DNA of 64,000 nt from the NCBI GenBank assembly GCA_040954595.2, contig JBECUI020000035.1:122442-186441 (forward strand). Reading direction: 5' to 3'. Positions 50,874 through 62,156 of this stretch are shown piece by piece. This DNA comes from Balanoglossus misakiensis. Lineage: Eukaryota > Animalia > Hemichordata. Numbering within the stretch: the stretch's first letter is position 1; every line of letters starts with the position of its first letter. The notes beneath the pieces were generated by a model, which saw only the letters and a program-made list of their open reading frames with translations, searched no databases and was not told the DNA's origin. The position numbers and the translations under genes are program-made.

Positions 50874-53239
50874 TTGGACCAAGTTTATGAATGGATTTAA
50901 AAATGAGAACTAACATCTTAAAAACAATACGCTGTGTAACAGGTAGCCAGTGCAACTGATACAAAATTGGAGTGATGTGACAGGTGATTTTTGAATGAGT
51001 AACAATTCTAGCAGCAATATTCTGAACGCGTTGGATACGGTTGATTGAATACTTCGGGAGCCAAAATAAAAGTGAATTACATGAATCAATTCGAGAAGTA
51101 ATGAATGCATGAACTAATTGCTCTGTAGCAGAATGAGATAAATATTTGCGGATAAGCGCAATGCGACGTAAATGAAAAGTGGCAGAGCGGCAGATCTGTC
51201 CAATATGTGGCTTCATTGTCAGACAAGAGTCAAGGATCACACCAAGGCTCTTAGCCTGACAATGGACAGGAATCAGAGAATCGCCAACACGAATTTCTGA
51301 AATCCCTCTAGCAGACAGATCACCTGAAATACCAAAGAAAATAACAAATTCAGTCTTATCATCGTATAAGCACAAGAAGTTTTCAGACATCCAAAACCTA
51401 ACATCGGATATACAAAGTTCAAGATTTGAAACAGTTCTTGCTGCGTTGTCTTTACTAAAAGACATATAAAGTGAAGAGTCATCTGCATAAAAACTATAAA
51501 GACAACCATGACTTTGAACTAATTCACCAAATGGAGACGGGTACATATTGAAAAGTATGGGACCAAGAACTGATCCCTGTGGTACCCCAGTGTCGAGCCG
51601 ATAGAAAGGTGATTGGGTGGAATTTACAAGTACACACTGACTACGATTGGAAAGGTATGACTTAAACCACATGAGAACAGTATCTGAGAGACCAAAATAC
51701 TACCACAGAGAGTGCTATACTATATGACCATCAACTGAGTATCATTCAAATACTCTGTGCACAGTGGGTAAACACACATTTGGTTTTTTAGGAGACTTTC
51801 ATCAGTTGTAGTAAAATACAACGTGACTACACTATATACACCAATGAGAATCGCCATGTAATTCAGAGAGTGCTTGATATTAAAACTGTTTCATAGTTGT
51901 GGCCTTTACTGCTGATAATTAGGTTACCATAGATACAAGCCCAAGGCAACATGACAGGGATAAACATATGCAAAGACAAGATTAAACCCCACCTCCATAA
52001 TCAAAATACTACCACAGAGGGCGCTATACTATATGACCATCAACTGAGTATCATTCAAATACTCTGTGCACAGTGGGTAAAGACTTATTTGTTTTTTTAG
52101 GAGACTTTCATCAGTTGCAGTAAAATACAACATGACTACACTATATACACCAATGAGAATGGCCATGTAATTCAGAGAGTGCTTGATATTAAAACTGTAT
52201 CATAGTTGTGGCCTTTACTGCTGATAATTAGGTTACCATAGATACAAGCCCAATGCAACATGACAGGGATAAACATATGCAAAGACAAGATTAAACCCCA
52301 CCTCCATAATCAAAATACTACCACAGAGGGCGCTATACTATATGACCATCAACTGAGTATCATTCAAATACTCTGTGCACAGTGGGTAAAGACACATTTG
52401 GTTTTTTAGGAGACTTTCATCAGTTGTAGTAAAATACAACGTGACTACACTATATACACCAATGAGAATGGCCATGTAATTCAGAGAGTGCTTGATATTA
52501 AAACTGTTTCATAGTTGTGGCCTTTACTGCTGATAATTAGGTTACCATAGATACAAGCCCAATGCAACATGACAGGGATAAACATATGCAAAGACAAGAT
52601 TTAACCCCACCTCCATAATCAAAATACTACCACAGAGGGCGCTATACTATATGACCATCAACTGAGTATCCTTCAAATACTCTGTGCACAGTGGGTAAAG
52701 ACACATTTGGTTTTTTAGGAGACTTTCACCAGTTGCAGTAAAATACAACGTGACTACACTATATGCACCAATGAGAATGGCCGTGTAATTCAGAGTGCTT
52801 GATATTAAAACTGTTTCAAAGCTGTGGCCTTTACTGCTGATAATTAGGTTACCATAGATACAAGTGGAATGGAACCGGACAGGGATAAACATACAAAGGC
52901 TAGGTTAACCCCCCCCCCCCAATACTACCACAGAGGGCGCTATACTGATCATCAAGTCTGTACCATTGAAATAAATCTGTGCAGAGTGGGTAAATTAGGC
53001 ATTTGGTTCTTCAGATTTTCATAAGTTGCACTAAAATGCTATGTGGCCCACTACAAGGACAAATAAGTCAAAAATGGCAAATTTGACGTTTACTTTGAGG
53101 TTGGCATGGGGCAAACGAGACAATACAAGAACACTGAAACTCAATTAGTGAAACACTAAAGTTGTACTTTATTTCTCTAACAAACTTAGAGAAAATTTAC
53201 ATGGCCATCTTTTTACTCAGAGACCTGATGTTGAATAGA

Positions 53240-55178
53240 AATGTGGTAGTGCAGGTCCACATGAGTGCCGTGTACTAGCCTCTCTCTCTGCAAATCCATC
53301 CACAACTTGCATGCAGATAGTGGGAGTCTGATGTAAGCAACTACTGCAGTTACAGTCAGGACGTAAGTGGGATAATTAAACAGCAGGGGATCATGCAATG
53401 CAAACACTTGAACTGGCCAGTAACGTTTGAATTGCTCATTTGCATACAGTTTTTCAACTTTTTTCACAACGAAAGTTAAGCAACTAGCAACCCATTTCTG
53501 ACAATTATTTCACCCCAGGCACATTACTGGTACTATGAGTGTACTACATGTGATTTTTCATGAAGTTTTATCGAGAAGAATTTCTTTACTTCCACTGACA
53601 AAATTGTGATCTCGAAATTCAAAGTGACCTTGAAGTTACAAAAAAAAATATCAGCCATACCCTCACAAAAATTAACCCCCTCAGGTTTTAGAAACATTAT
53701 TAAACTCCTCTATTCATAATTTTGACATGAATATATCCATGCCGAGAGTCAAGGACCACAATTTACTGTGCCATAGGTCAGTCCTGAGAAGTCAGTCAGC
53801 GTGAATAGTGTATAGACTCCTTATGTAATATGCTAATGAGAGATAACGACGCGTTGAAAAGGAAGCCATTACGTCATGGGTTAACATGCGTTGACCTACT
53901 TCAATGCATACACATATGGCAAACACGGCTGTACTCGTCGATGGCGAAGGCAATTTTTACACCGTCATTACTCCACAACGGAGCGGCTCACACTATTATA
54001 ATTTCACGGTAACTTAGTTCAATATCTTCCTAACCTACCCAATTTTTTTCAAGACAAGAAATCTTTGCCGAGAGTCAAGGACCACAATTTAAACCAACAT
54101 ACCGAAACTGTCTTTCTCGGGAAAGCGTCGTTAAAACTTCACGAAAAATCATCCTATCATTGACTATGGTGTTTCATACACGTCTTAGAAAAATGGGTGC
54201 ACTACGATCACTTGTAGTACCGAAAATCTCCGTTTGAAAATTTTTCGAACTGGCCGTAACTGCCACTCAGCGACTTTCACATTCAAATAGATCTCTTTGA
54301 TCTCACCGCCGTAATTACCCCACTTTCGTCCTGACTGGTTAATACTTACAAAGTGTATTACCTCCAACACCCCATGGACGGTATCATGTCATCACCAGTA
54401 GCTATAGGTTCTTTTAACACCTTGAGAGAAAAAAATGGATTGTTACTGATAGATTACAAAGCACTGACAATACAAGAGGGGGAGGGGTAAGGTTTGTTGA
54501 GAGCAGTTGTTTTTTGCTAAACATTAGTGAAAATATGAAATTATTGACATGTAGGATTTCAATTTTATGATGTAAGAGTATTTTATAATATCTCACCGGG
54601 ACTTCAGTTGTCGCTGTAGTATTTAACCCAAGTTTAACTGTGCCACCCACGTCCATGCATGGCAAGGTTTTCTCTCCCAAAAGTTTCAGTTTGGTATCCC
54701 AGTTACCATCAGTTGCACTTACTCCACGCCTTCTAAGTTGAATGCGATTTACCATCACAGGATTCATACTGTGGTGCAAAGACAATTAAAAACATCGATT
54801 GTAAGTCATTTAGTAGTGATACCATTGTGACCAAACCTCGTTTTAAAATACATGTAATCTGTACTCGAAACTATCATTTTTTTCTTTCTAGAATATTAGA
54901 ACGCGCTCAAAAATAAAAATGCGACCTGTAAGCGAGTGCCGCGTTTCAATTGGTACTGACGATAAACACCGCCACTCGGAGATAAAATCAACGTTTTTTT
55001 TTTAATGCAAGTGAACGCATGGAGGCGGCCATACTGAATTAAGGTTACATCCCAAGACATTCCGACTGGGCTTCAGGTGGATTCGGGAAAGGTCTCTAAA
55101 ACATAATCGGTCATCCAATTTTGTATACTAAATTTCTAAAAATGTAGGACATGGGAGGTTAACATACCCACAATGACA
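53240..55178 (-). pseudogene. Minus-strand degenerate copy of the OB-fold gene (intron 1, exon 2 at ~54590-54768, exon 3 near 54360-54420), with unrelated sequence at ~53330-54350
   Basis: Minus ORF 54414-54785 contains TDGNWDTKLKLLGEKT...TVKLGLNTTATTEV; tctcaag|gtgttaaaagaacc matches exon 3. Confidence 0.65.
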
Positions 55179-55550
55179 GCCAAGGCGTGGCAGTGAAATT
55201 GTGCCTCATTGAGGATACAGTCTAGATCCGGAATTCAGCCAACGGCAAACTGTTTAGCGTGCCTTGTATGCAGCAGGATGGCAACGTTCTGGAACTTAAA
55301 TTCTGGAAAGAAAATCCGAAATAGCTGAACAGATAACAGAAGAGAGAATACATACAGCTCCGCAACTTTTCCACTGGAAGATATAATACCATTTGCCTCT
55401 ATGATAGAGCAAAGGTATGTTATAATCGCACCCCGAAACTTATGGGCCTTTTTTTTGACGTAGTCATTTTGGGTATCTTAACCTCCCATCTTCTACATTT
55501 TTAGAAATTTACTCTACAAAATTGAATGACCCATTACATTTTAGAGACTC
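55178..55550 (+). pseudogene. Partial duplicate of OB-fold exon 1 and the start of intron 1, with a stop and an indel
   Basis: Direct match to 56027-56400; the Trp codon TGG is TAG at ~55322, and there is an insertion near 55217. Confidence 0.75.
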
Positions 55551-55991
55551 TAACTCCTGATTGGCCTATAAACTTATTTCTTTCATCAACACTTTCTAAC
55601 CGTTAACCCGCTGTACCTCCGCATGTCTCCACAAGAGCTAGGAGCTCAGAATCGGATGAACGAGACAAGCGGTCTCTCACGTTTAGTAACCGTAACACCG
55701 TTAAAGGTAGGTTTTCATTGATTCTAATAAGTCTCCGTTCATCAACATTTCAAAAATTCTCCATAACCCAGTAGTTGCCACTGTGCTTCAATGAAATATT
55801 TCCTTTCAAACTTGCAAATGGTAACCGAATCTCAAATCGCAAATCTTTCCATTTTTAATAACGAAGTCGGATGCCGCAATCACCAACTCACTTTTTTATC
55901 GGACTCCATCATTCTAATACTTTACTTCAATTGTCAAAAATTGTGTAAAACAATATCCACTCTCAATCTATATTTCAGGTTTAACGGCGTT

Positions 55992-56261
55992 ATGGCATCC
56001 CCGGCTCCCGGTCCCTCATCCCCAACCAGCCAAGGCGTGGCACTGAAATTGCGCCTCATGGAGGATGTCGAGATCCGGAATTCCGCCAACGGGAAACTGT
56101 TTAGCGTGCCTTGTATGCAGCAGGATGGCAACGTTCTGGAACTTAAATTCTGGAAAGAAAATCCGAAGTGGCTGAACAGATTACAGAAGGGAGAATACGT
56201 ACAGCTCCGCAACTTTTCCACTGGAAGAGATAATACCATTTGCCTCTATGATAGAGCAAAG
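55992..56261 (+). CDS. OB-fold (RPA/SSB-like) gene, first coding exon
   Basis: Acceptor tatttcag (55978), ATG at 55992, 90 codons, phase-0 donor AAG|gtacgt. KLFSVPCMQQDGNVLELKFWKENPKWLNRLQKGEYVQLRNF fits the OB-fold pattern (D/G..l.l.fW.....l..G..v.l.n). The fold assignment is an inference. Confidence 0.65.
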
Positions 56262-56678
56262 GTACGTTATAATCGCACCCCGAAACTTATGGGCCTGACT
56301 TTTTTTTTGCCGTAGTCATTTTGGGTATCTTAACCTCCCATCTTCTACATTTTTAGAAATTTACTCTACAAAATTGAATGACCCATTACATTTTAGAGAC
56401 CTTTCCCGAATTCAACCGAAGCCCAATGGGAAGGTCTTCAGATGTAATCCAATATGGCAGCCTCCATGCGATCACGTACATTGAAAATCCATTTATATGA
56501 TACAACCATGCCTTGTCAACTCACCTCGGGTCAAAATTACTGCCATCGATTCATCATTTTGCAGTTCAAATTTTAAAAAGCAACTGACAAAAAACAACCA
56601 CTCTTGCACTATTTCTCCACAACATTTACTACTCGTAATTATTAACATTCAATGTTTTCCATTTTATTTCCACTACAG

Positions 56679-56885
56679 TATGAATCAGTGACACATACAT
56701 CGAATTCTACAAAGAGACGTAAACTGACCATAACTGATGGCACAAGAGATGCTGAAGTCAACCTTTGGGGTGAGAAAACAGCGCTGCCACTGGATGTAGG
56801 TGCCACAGTTAAACTAGGCCCATTGGTTATCAACAGATATAAAACATCGTCCACATTAAATACAACAGCGACAACTGAAGTGGAG
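56679..56885 (+). CDS. OB-fold (RPA/SSB-like) gene, second coding exon
   Basis: Acceptor tttccactacag, 69 codons, phase-0 donor GAG|gtgaga. KRRKLTITDGTRDAEVNLWGEKTALPLDVGATVKLGPLVINRYKTSSTLNTT closely follows the SSB/RPA OB pattern (l.l.D.tG.i.l.lWge.a..l..G.vv.i....v..y....ln). Confidence 0.72.
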
Positions 56886-56964
56886 GTGAGACATAAAATA
56901 CTGTTCCTGATGCTCCGTGAGAACTGTCAAGTAGCCACGGTTCTAGGCGACATAGGATGGATGT

Positions 56965-58300
56965 CCACGGTACGGGAGGAGGCCATGCATGTATACGGGA
57001 AGGAAAAGAATGAAGCCAACCTGCCCGTACCATCCGACGCAGCCATAAAAACCTGCACACTACCTCGGGAGTTCAATCCAGGCCGCGTACGTGGGGGATT
57101 CGTTGGCCATATCTCCCCGCAAGAGCCCACAAGAACCACCACCGCAGCTGACGACCTGGAGGAAACTTTGAGCATCTTCCGGGATCCGCAGCTGGAAAAA
57201 CAGGTACTCGGTGGCGACAAGGACCAGGCGATGGAGGTGTCGGAAGGGCCAGACCCACCCCGCACCCGTGTATCACCCCCAATAGCAGTAGCGAGAGACG
57301 GGGGAAACCAAGGGCTGCTGCAGGAGCCATCACCCCCACGCCAAGAAATGCTGCCGCTGCAGTCACTGATCAACCCATTGGAGCTGGAGGCGACGTTGGA
57401 GGCGGGGGAATATCTAATCCCCTGGGAACTTCGACGCCACCCCGGCAGCCCTACTAGGTCCAGATCCCCAACCCGGTCGCCGCGACCGGAGCGTTCTCGA
57501 GAGGAAAGGCGGGACCGCCCACCTTCCCGTGAACGACCATCCTTTTCACGCTGGGGAGATCTCAGCCCCAGACGTCGATCACCGATCCGGTATCCGACGC
57601 CGGAACCGCCCAAAGAAGACGAACGCCGCTGGAGGAGCGCCAGGCCGGCCCGAAGGAGCCCCCTATCCTCTGTTCCACATTACTCATCAGGCCCTTCTCC
57701 ATGTCCGTTCCCGGGAGGCCGGAGGTCCACGCGCAAACTGAAGAAACACGCCTTTCAGTGCCACCTTCCAGTTATTTTTACTGAGAAGCCGGTAGTATTC
57801 CGCGAGCGGGACGCGGTTGAGGCGTTAGAGAAACTCACCTATACTGGCTGTGTGGTCCAGGAAATGAAATACCCGACCTGCTAGACTTCTATATCCGCAG
57901 GGGCGGACCTGGACGGATCCCTACGGAATCCTTTTGTTCACCGGAGTCCATGGTGATGATGAAGCGCCTGTGCGTCTTCCAGGGGTGGGAGGTGCCGAAC
58001 AGGTTCCGACTGAGCTCCCCCACCACACCAGCGATTCTCATCCACTGGCGTGTCCTTAGCATACTGCTGAGGTGGGTATCCCAATCACGACAGGAAGAAT
58101 TCCGGGAAATCCGACCTCACCGGAAAACATCATCAATCCGGACACAGCAACCAGAGAGGACGGGGGCGGAAGCAGTCGCACAGAATCCATCGACGCAGGG
58201 GGAGCGAGGACGCGCCAGGGGTTTTTGATGCATTTTTTATCCCCCAAGCGTGCGCGGAGGAGTGCCGAGTGGAAGACGCGCCCACCACCATAGATGACCT
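56965..58300 (+). pseudogene. GC-rich, frameshifted fragment of a probable transposon-borne ORF (Arg/Ser/Pro-rich region, degenerate C2H2-like CPFPG...LKKHAFQCHLP, PAILIHWRVL)
   Basis: Abrupt rise in GC content; motifs are spread over ORFs 56652-57884 and 57950-58228, with stops and frameshifts. Confidence 0.5.
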
Positions 58301-60565
58301 CACTGACTACGATGTTGGTGTCCCCCCTGTTATGTTTCCATCAACATGGGAATAATAATGCGATCATAAGGTATAACAACAACCTATTTATTGATCGGCT
58401 GAAAAGACTCAACAATGTGCTTCGCCTTATCTGGGCGGAAGTGACGTCGTACAGCAATTCATAAACAAGTGGAACACCAACAATGCAACACTAGAGGGCG
58501 CTATATTGATCGTAGCTGTCAGAATACTACACCCCCCCCCCCCGCATGTTTAAAGGTTTCTATAGAAAAGCATTGTTGAGGTTCACAAAACTTTGAAGAA
58601 GCTTTGCAACCCTAACTTTGGCCAAAGATTTGAATGTTAAGGTTTCACAAACGTAGTTACAGCTGAGGTTCAACTAAGACTAGTATAAGAGGCTTCAGCA
58701 CGCCAAGTCTTGTAGCAAGCTTCAACACAAAGCTTTTTGCAACATTGTTCAAAGCGTTGTCAAAGGTACTGCACAACCCTGGTGAAGTAGTGCTATATTT
58801 TCAATTAAATGGCTTAAGCCATTTGTCTCTCCAACCAGAATTGCACCAGAGTTAAATACACACAGCTTGAAATTGTAAAATGTTGCAAAATCAAACGATC
58901 ACATCCTTACACCTATTATTAGAACCAGAAGTTGAGTCAAAATTTTCCTACCTAGAAATTTTCTTTCCTATGAAGTTTTTTGCTTATTGGCATTCATATG
59001 GGAGCCTAGACCTATTCCAGCTGAGTTGCCAAAATGGCAATGTTGGACAATTCTTCTAATATGCATGATCAAAAATGGCCGCCAAATACCTTCTCTAAAA
59101 TAAAACTTGGCCCTTTTTTCTCAAAATTATGTGTAATATCTAAAATTTCAGGATTTGCATCCATATTGGTTATGTATTGCAAATATGGCAGTGTTTGGCA
59201 ACTTTTCTATTTTGCATAATCAAAAATGGCCGCCAATCACCACTAAAAGTGAAATTTTGCCATGTTTCCCAAAATGATGCGCAATATCGTATTTTCAGGA
59301 TTAGCACATTCATATGGGTACCTTTAACAATACAACTGTGTTGCAAATTTGGCAGTGTTACCGTACTAATCATGAAGCAAGGAAGTGCAACCTCTGTATC
59401 CCAAATATATGTCTATCCCCACTCACAAAGAGCCAGCCCCTCTGCATCATCCTGTTCCTCAATCTCACGATGGGAATCCTTTTCAGAATTCCGACCTCAA
59501 AACATCCAGGGATTCACCATCATTCACCACACCCTCGTCAGTATCCACCATGTTTAGATCCAATGCCTGAACATGTTGTCTCTTTATCTATGGATTGCGT
59601 TAAAGGCCAGTGGGAGTTTCATCTCCTTTTTTTGCAATTTTGACCATTTTTATCTGGTGCATAATGCTAGAGTACATATCATCCATACAGGATGATGCAT
59701 GTACAGTGATGGGAAATGTATCAATCCAAACCTGCACTAGATTTGCATACAGTGCCATACCTTTTAGGGCTATTTTCTTGACCCTTTTGATAGTCTGCTG
59801 GCCAAAAGTGGCTGGCCAAAGTGGCCAGCAGAGACATTCTTCCAATACCCTTCATAGTGCCAACAGACAAGGCTTGGATATACAACCTGTGTTGCTTGTA
59901 AGGCACACATCTCCAATTGGTACATTGGGCCAATTATACTGTACATGTGTACAGCTAGGAAAAAAATATACTTCATCATAGTTTCCATGGTCAGCAGCTT
60001 CAATAACTTGTTGCCTTTTCTTACTGAACATTTTGACTTATAAAGAAGTATAACAAGAATAAAGTTGTCCAATTAGTGTTGGCAGGGGGGTGGGGGATGT
60101 GTTCTCCCATACAAAGGTGTATAGGTATGTAGTCTTTAAGAAAAACTTGGGGTAAATGACCAGAAAATTTGACTTATAATACAAATAGGTCGGGTTTTGG
60201 GCATTTACACGTGTTGATGTTATCGACTGGGGCGACAGACTACCATCCGAAAATATTTCAAGTACCCCCCCCCCTCGGGTGCCGGCCAGTGGGATGGAGG
60301 TGATAGAAACTGTTGTAGATACAATAGAGGCCTACAACCTGAAAACCTTCTGGCTTTAACCGAGGACTTGCCATTAAAGATACCTGTAGGCCCCTATATG
60401 CTGCTCCCACATACACTCCCAGTCCTAAACCTTGCATCTGATTTGTGGTGCAGATGAAGAATTAAGATTGGCTTGACAATTAGCACACTTAATTGCCTGT
60501 TATGAGATATAATACATACAATCATGGGACAAGAATGGCAAAAGTTAAATTATCCAGCAGGTGTT

Positions 60566-60796
60566 TGAATTATGCAAATTAGAGCAGTTGTCTAATATTG
60601 CCATGTCAACCATGTTGAAATTGTTTTAGGTACCCATATTAATGGAAACCCTGCAAATTCGATATTACACACCATTTAAAACAAATATGGGAAATTAACA
60701 TGTTAGAGAAATTTGGCGGCCATTTTGGATTATGCAAATTAGAACAGTTGTCTAATATTGCCATGTCAACCATGTTGAAATTGTTTTAGGTACCCA
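60566..60796. repeat. Direct repeat of ~70 bp (60566-60635 and 60728-60796)
   Basis: attatgcaaattaga(g/a)cagttgtctaatattgccatgtcaaccatgttgaaattgttttaggtaccca occurs twice. Confidence 0.85.
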
Positions 60797-61325
60797 GGAG
60801 AGTTGAATGAAAATGCCATTTGCAATGCAGTTGTCTTGTATTGGGTGCCCATATTAAGGCATTCTTGAAAACGAAACATTATTCATCATTTTGACGCAAA
60901 CAGAAAAGGTGTTCAAATGCAAATTGGAAGAGTTGCCCAACCCTGCCATATTTGCAATACAGTTGTAGTGACTGTCAACTCGACTACAGACAGTCTCGAT
61001 GAACACAAGACATGATCCCAATTTGCAAGCTGAGTTGAAACTGACTGCTGCAGTAACTTAGCTGTGGGAATGTCTTGTGTGATTTAAAACAATGATGACC
61101 AAATTTAACACAGTTTCTCTGAGGTAACCATTTAGCTTTCAGGACTAAGTTTGTTTAAGAATCCTTTATTCTACCCAAGGAACAAATTTCCTTAGAATTT
61201 CACAACTGAGACACAGTTTACAGATATACAAAAAGTGCGTACTACAAACATAAGAAATTGTTTGCATTTTTTTTTTCTGATGGCAATGCATTTGACTGTA
61301 AACAGACATTGACGTCCTTTAGTAA

Positions 61326-62156
61326 GGGACTGTTCAGTTATGGTGGAGGGGGGGGGGCAAAAGTTTGTGTCATTGGTTTTCAAAATCAGGCCGACACCCC
61401 CTTCAACCAGGACCAAAAAAATGATGACCCCCCCCCCCCTTTGACAGGACCAAAATATGATGACCCTCCTCCCACCCCGAAAACATTCGCCATCCTTATC
61501 TTATGTACACTGACTGTATGCAATAAAGGTAAAGGGTCTCCTCACACCTCAATTCTAAATTTCTTAAAGAAATTTATAATTTGAAGTGTATAATAGTATA
61601 GCGTTGCAATAAAGAAGGTCTATGGATAAATTAAAAGGACACGTCAATACAATAGTTGGTAGAATTGGTAAAACAAGAAAAGTGGAAGGGGTGGGTGTAC
61701 GTAGGACAATTTTGTAAAATACAATTAATGCATTTTAATGAACTCAAAGGCAAATTAACTTAATGTTGGGGAGGACAAATTTGACTTTTGCCACTCAAAG
61801 TTAACATCAGTGGGGGTGGGATGGCAAGTATTCTGCCCTGGTACACTATATGTGGCGAAGAAATAAGGGGATGGGTGTGGGAGGGGATGTCCTCCTTCCA
61901 CATAAGAAAACTTTGTAAAATATGTAGCTCAAAGTTGCATTTTAATGAAGTCAAAAGCAAATTACATGTATCTCAATGTTTGAAAGGACCAATTTTACTG
62001 TTGCCACTCCACTCAAAGTTAGCATCGGTGGGTACATGTATATGACATCCCCCCTAAACGTTTGAAAAAAAGATGACTCCCTCTTTTGGATTTCAAAATT
62101 TAAGTGACCCCCTGGATTTTGCCAGCCTCCCCCCACCGTAAAAACTGAATGGTCCC
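61326..62156. mobile_element. Non-autonomous TIR DNA transposon (MITE-like; TAA duplication suggests PIF/Harbinger type)
   Basis: Left taa|gggactgttcagttatggtggagggg and right ccccccaccgtaaaaactgaatggtccc|taa: imperfect ~30-bp TIRs with TAA on both sides. Confidence 0.65.

Larger units (their letters stand above)
44713..51695 (-). mobile_element. 5'-truncated L2/CR1-group LINE (~1.15 kb: 50877-51695 plus 44713-45043), split by the LTR element
   Basis: RT motifs WFKSYLSNRSQ, GVPQGSVLGP, YADD, KTE, LHWLPV. Removing the LTR element and one TTG restores the frame HKLGPIYLSSMTNLYVPCRNLRS...GDRAF..AAP.LWN.LP. AATAAA plus (TTA)n tail; caaaata duplicated at the flanks. Confidence 0.92.
43990..52945. 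repeat. Tandem repeat of ~310 bp, about 6.5 copies, interrupted at 44713-51695
   Basis: aatactacc(a/g)cagag(g/a)g(c/t)gctatac occurs at ~44098, 44405, 51696, 52005, 52314, 52623 and 52921; a single inverted unit lies at ~37055-37490. Confidence 0.92.
35440..55178. repeat. Large inverted segmental duplication: left arm ~35440-38200, right arm ~43660-55178 (right arm expanded by tandem repeats, a LINE and an LTR element)
   Basis: Reverse-complement matches: 35445-36008 with 54587-55178; 36755-37185 with 52820-53238; 37720-38200 with 43660-43965. Confidence 0.85.

Noticed and set aside
56652-57884. 410-aa ORF as a single real protein
   Set aside because: It is a chimeric read-through of intron, OB exon 2, a strong donor at 56886, a LINE-like scrap and a GC-rich insert.
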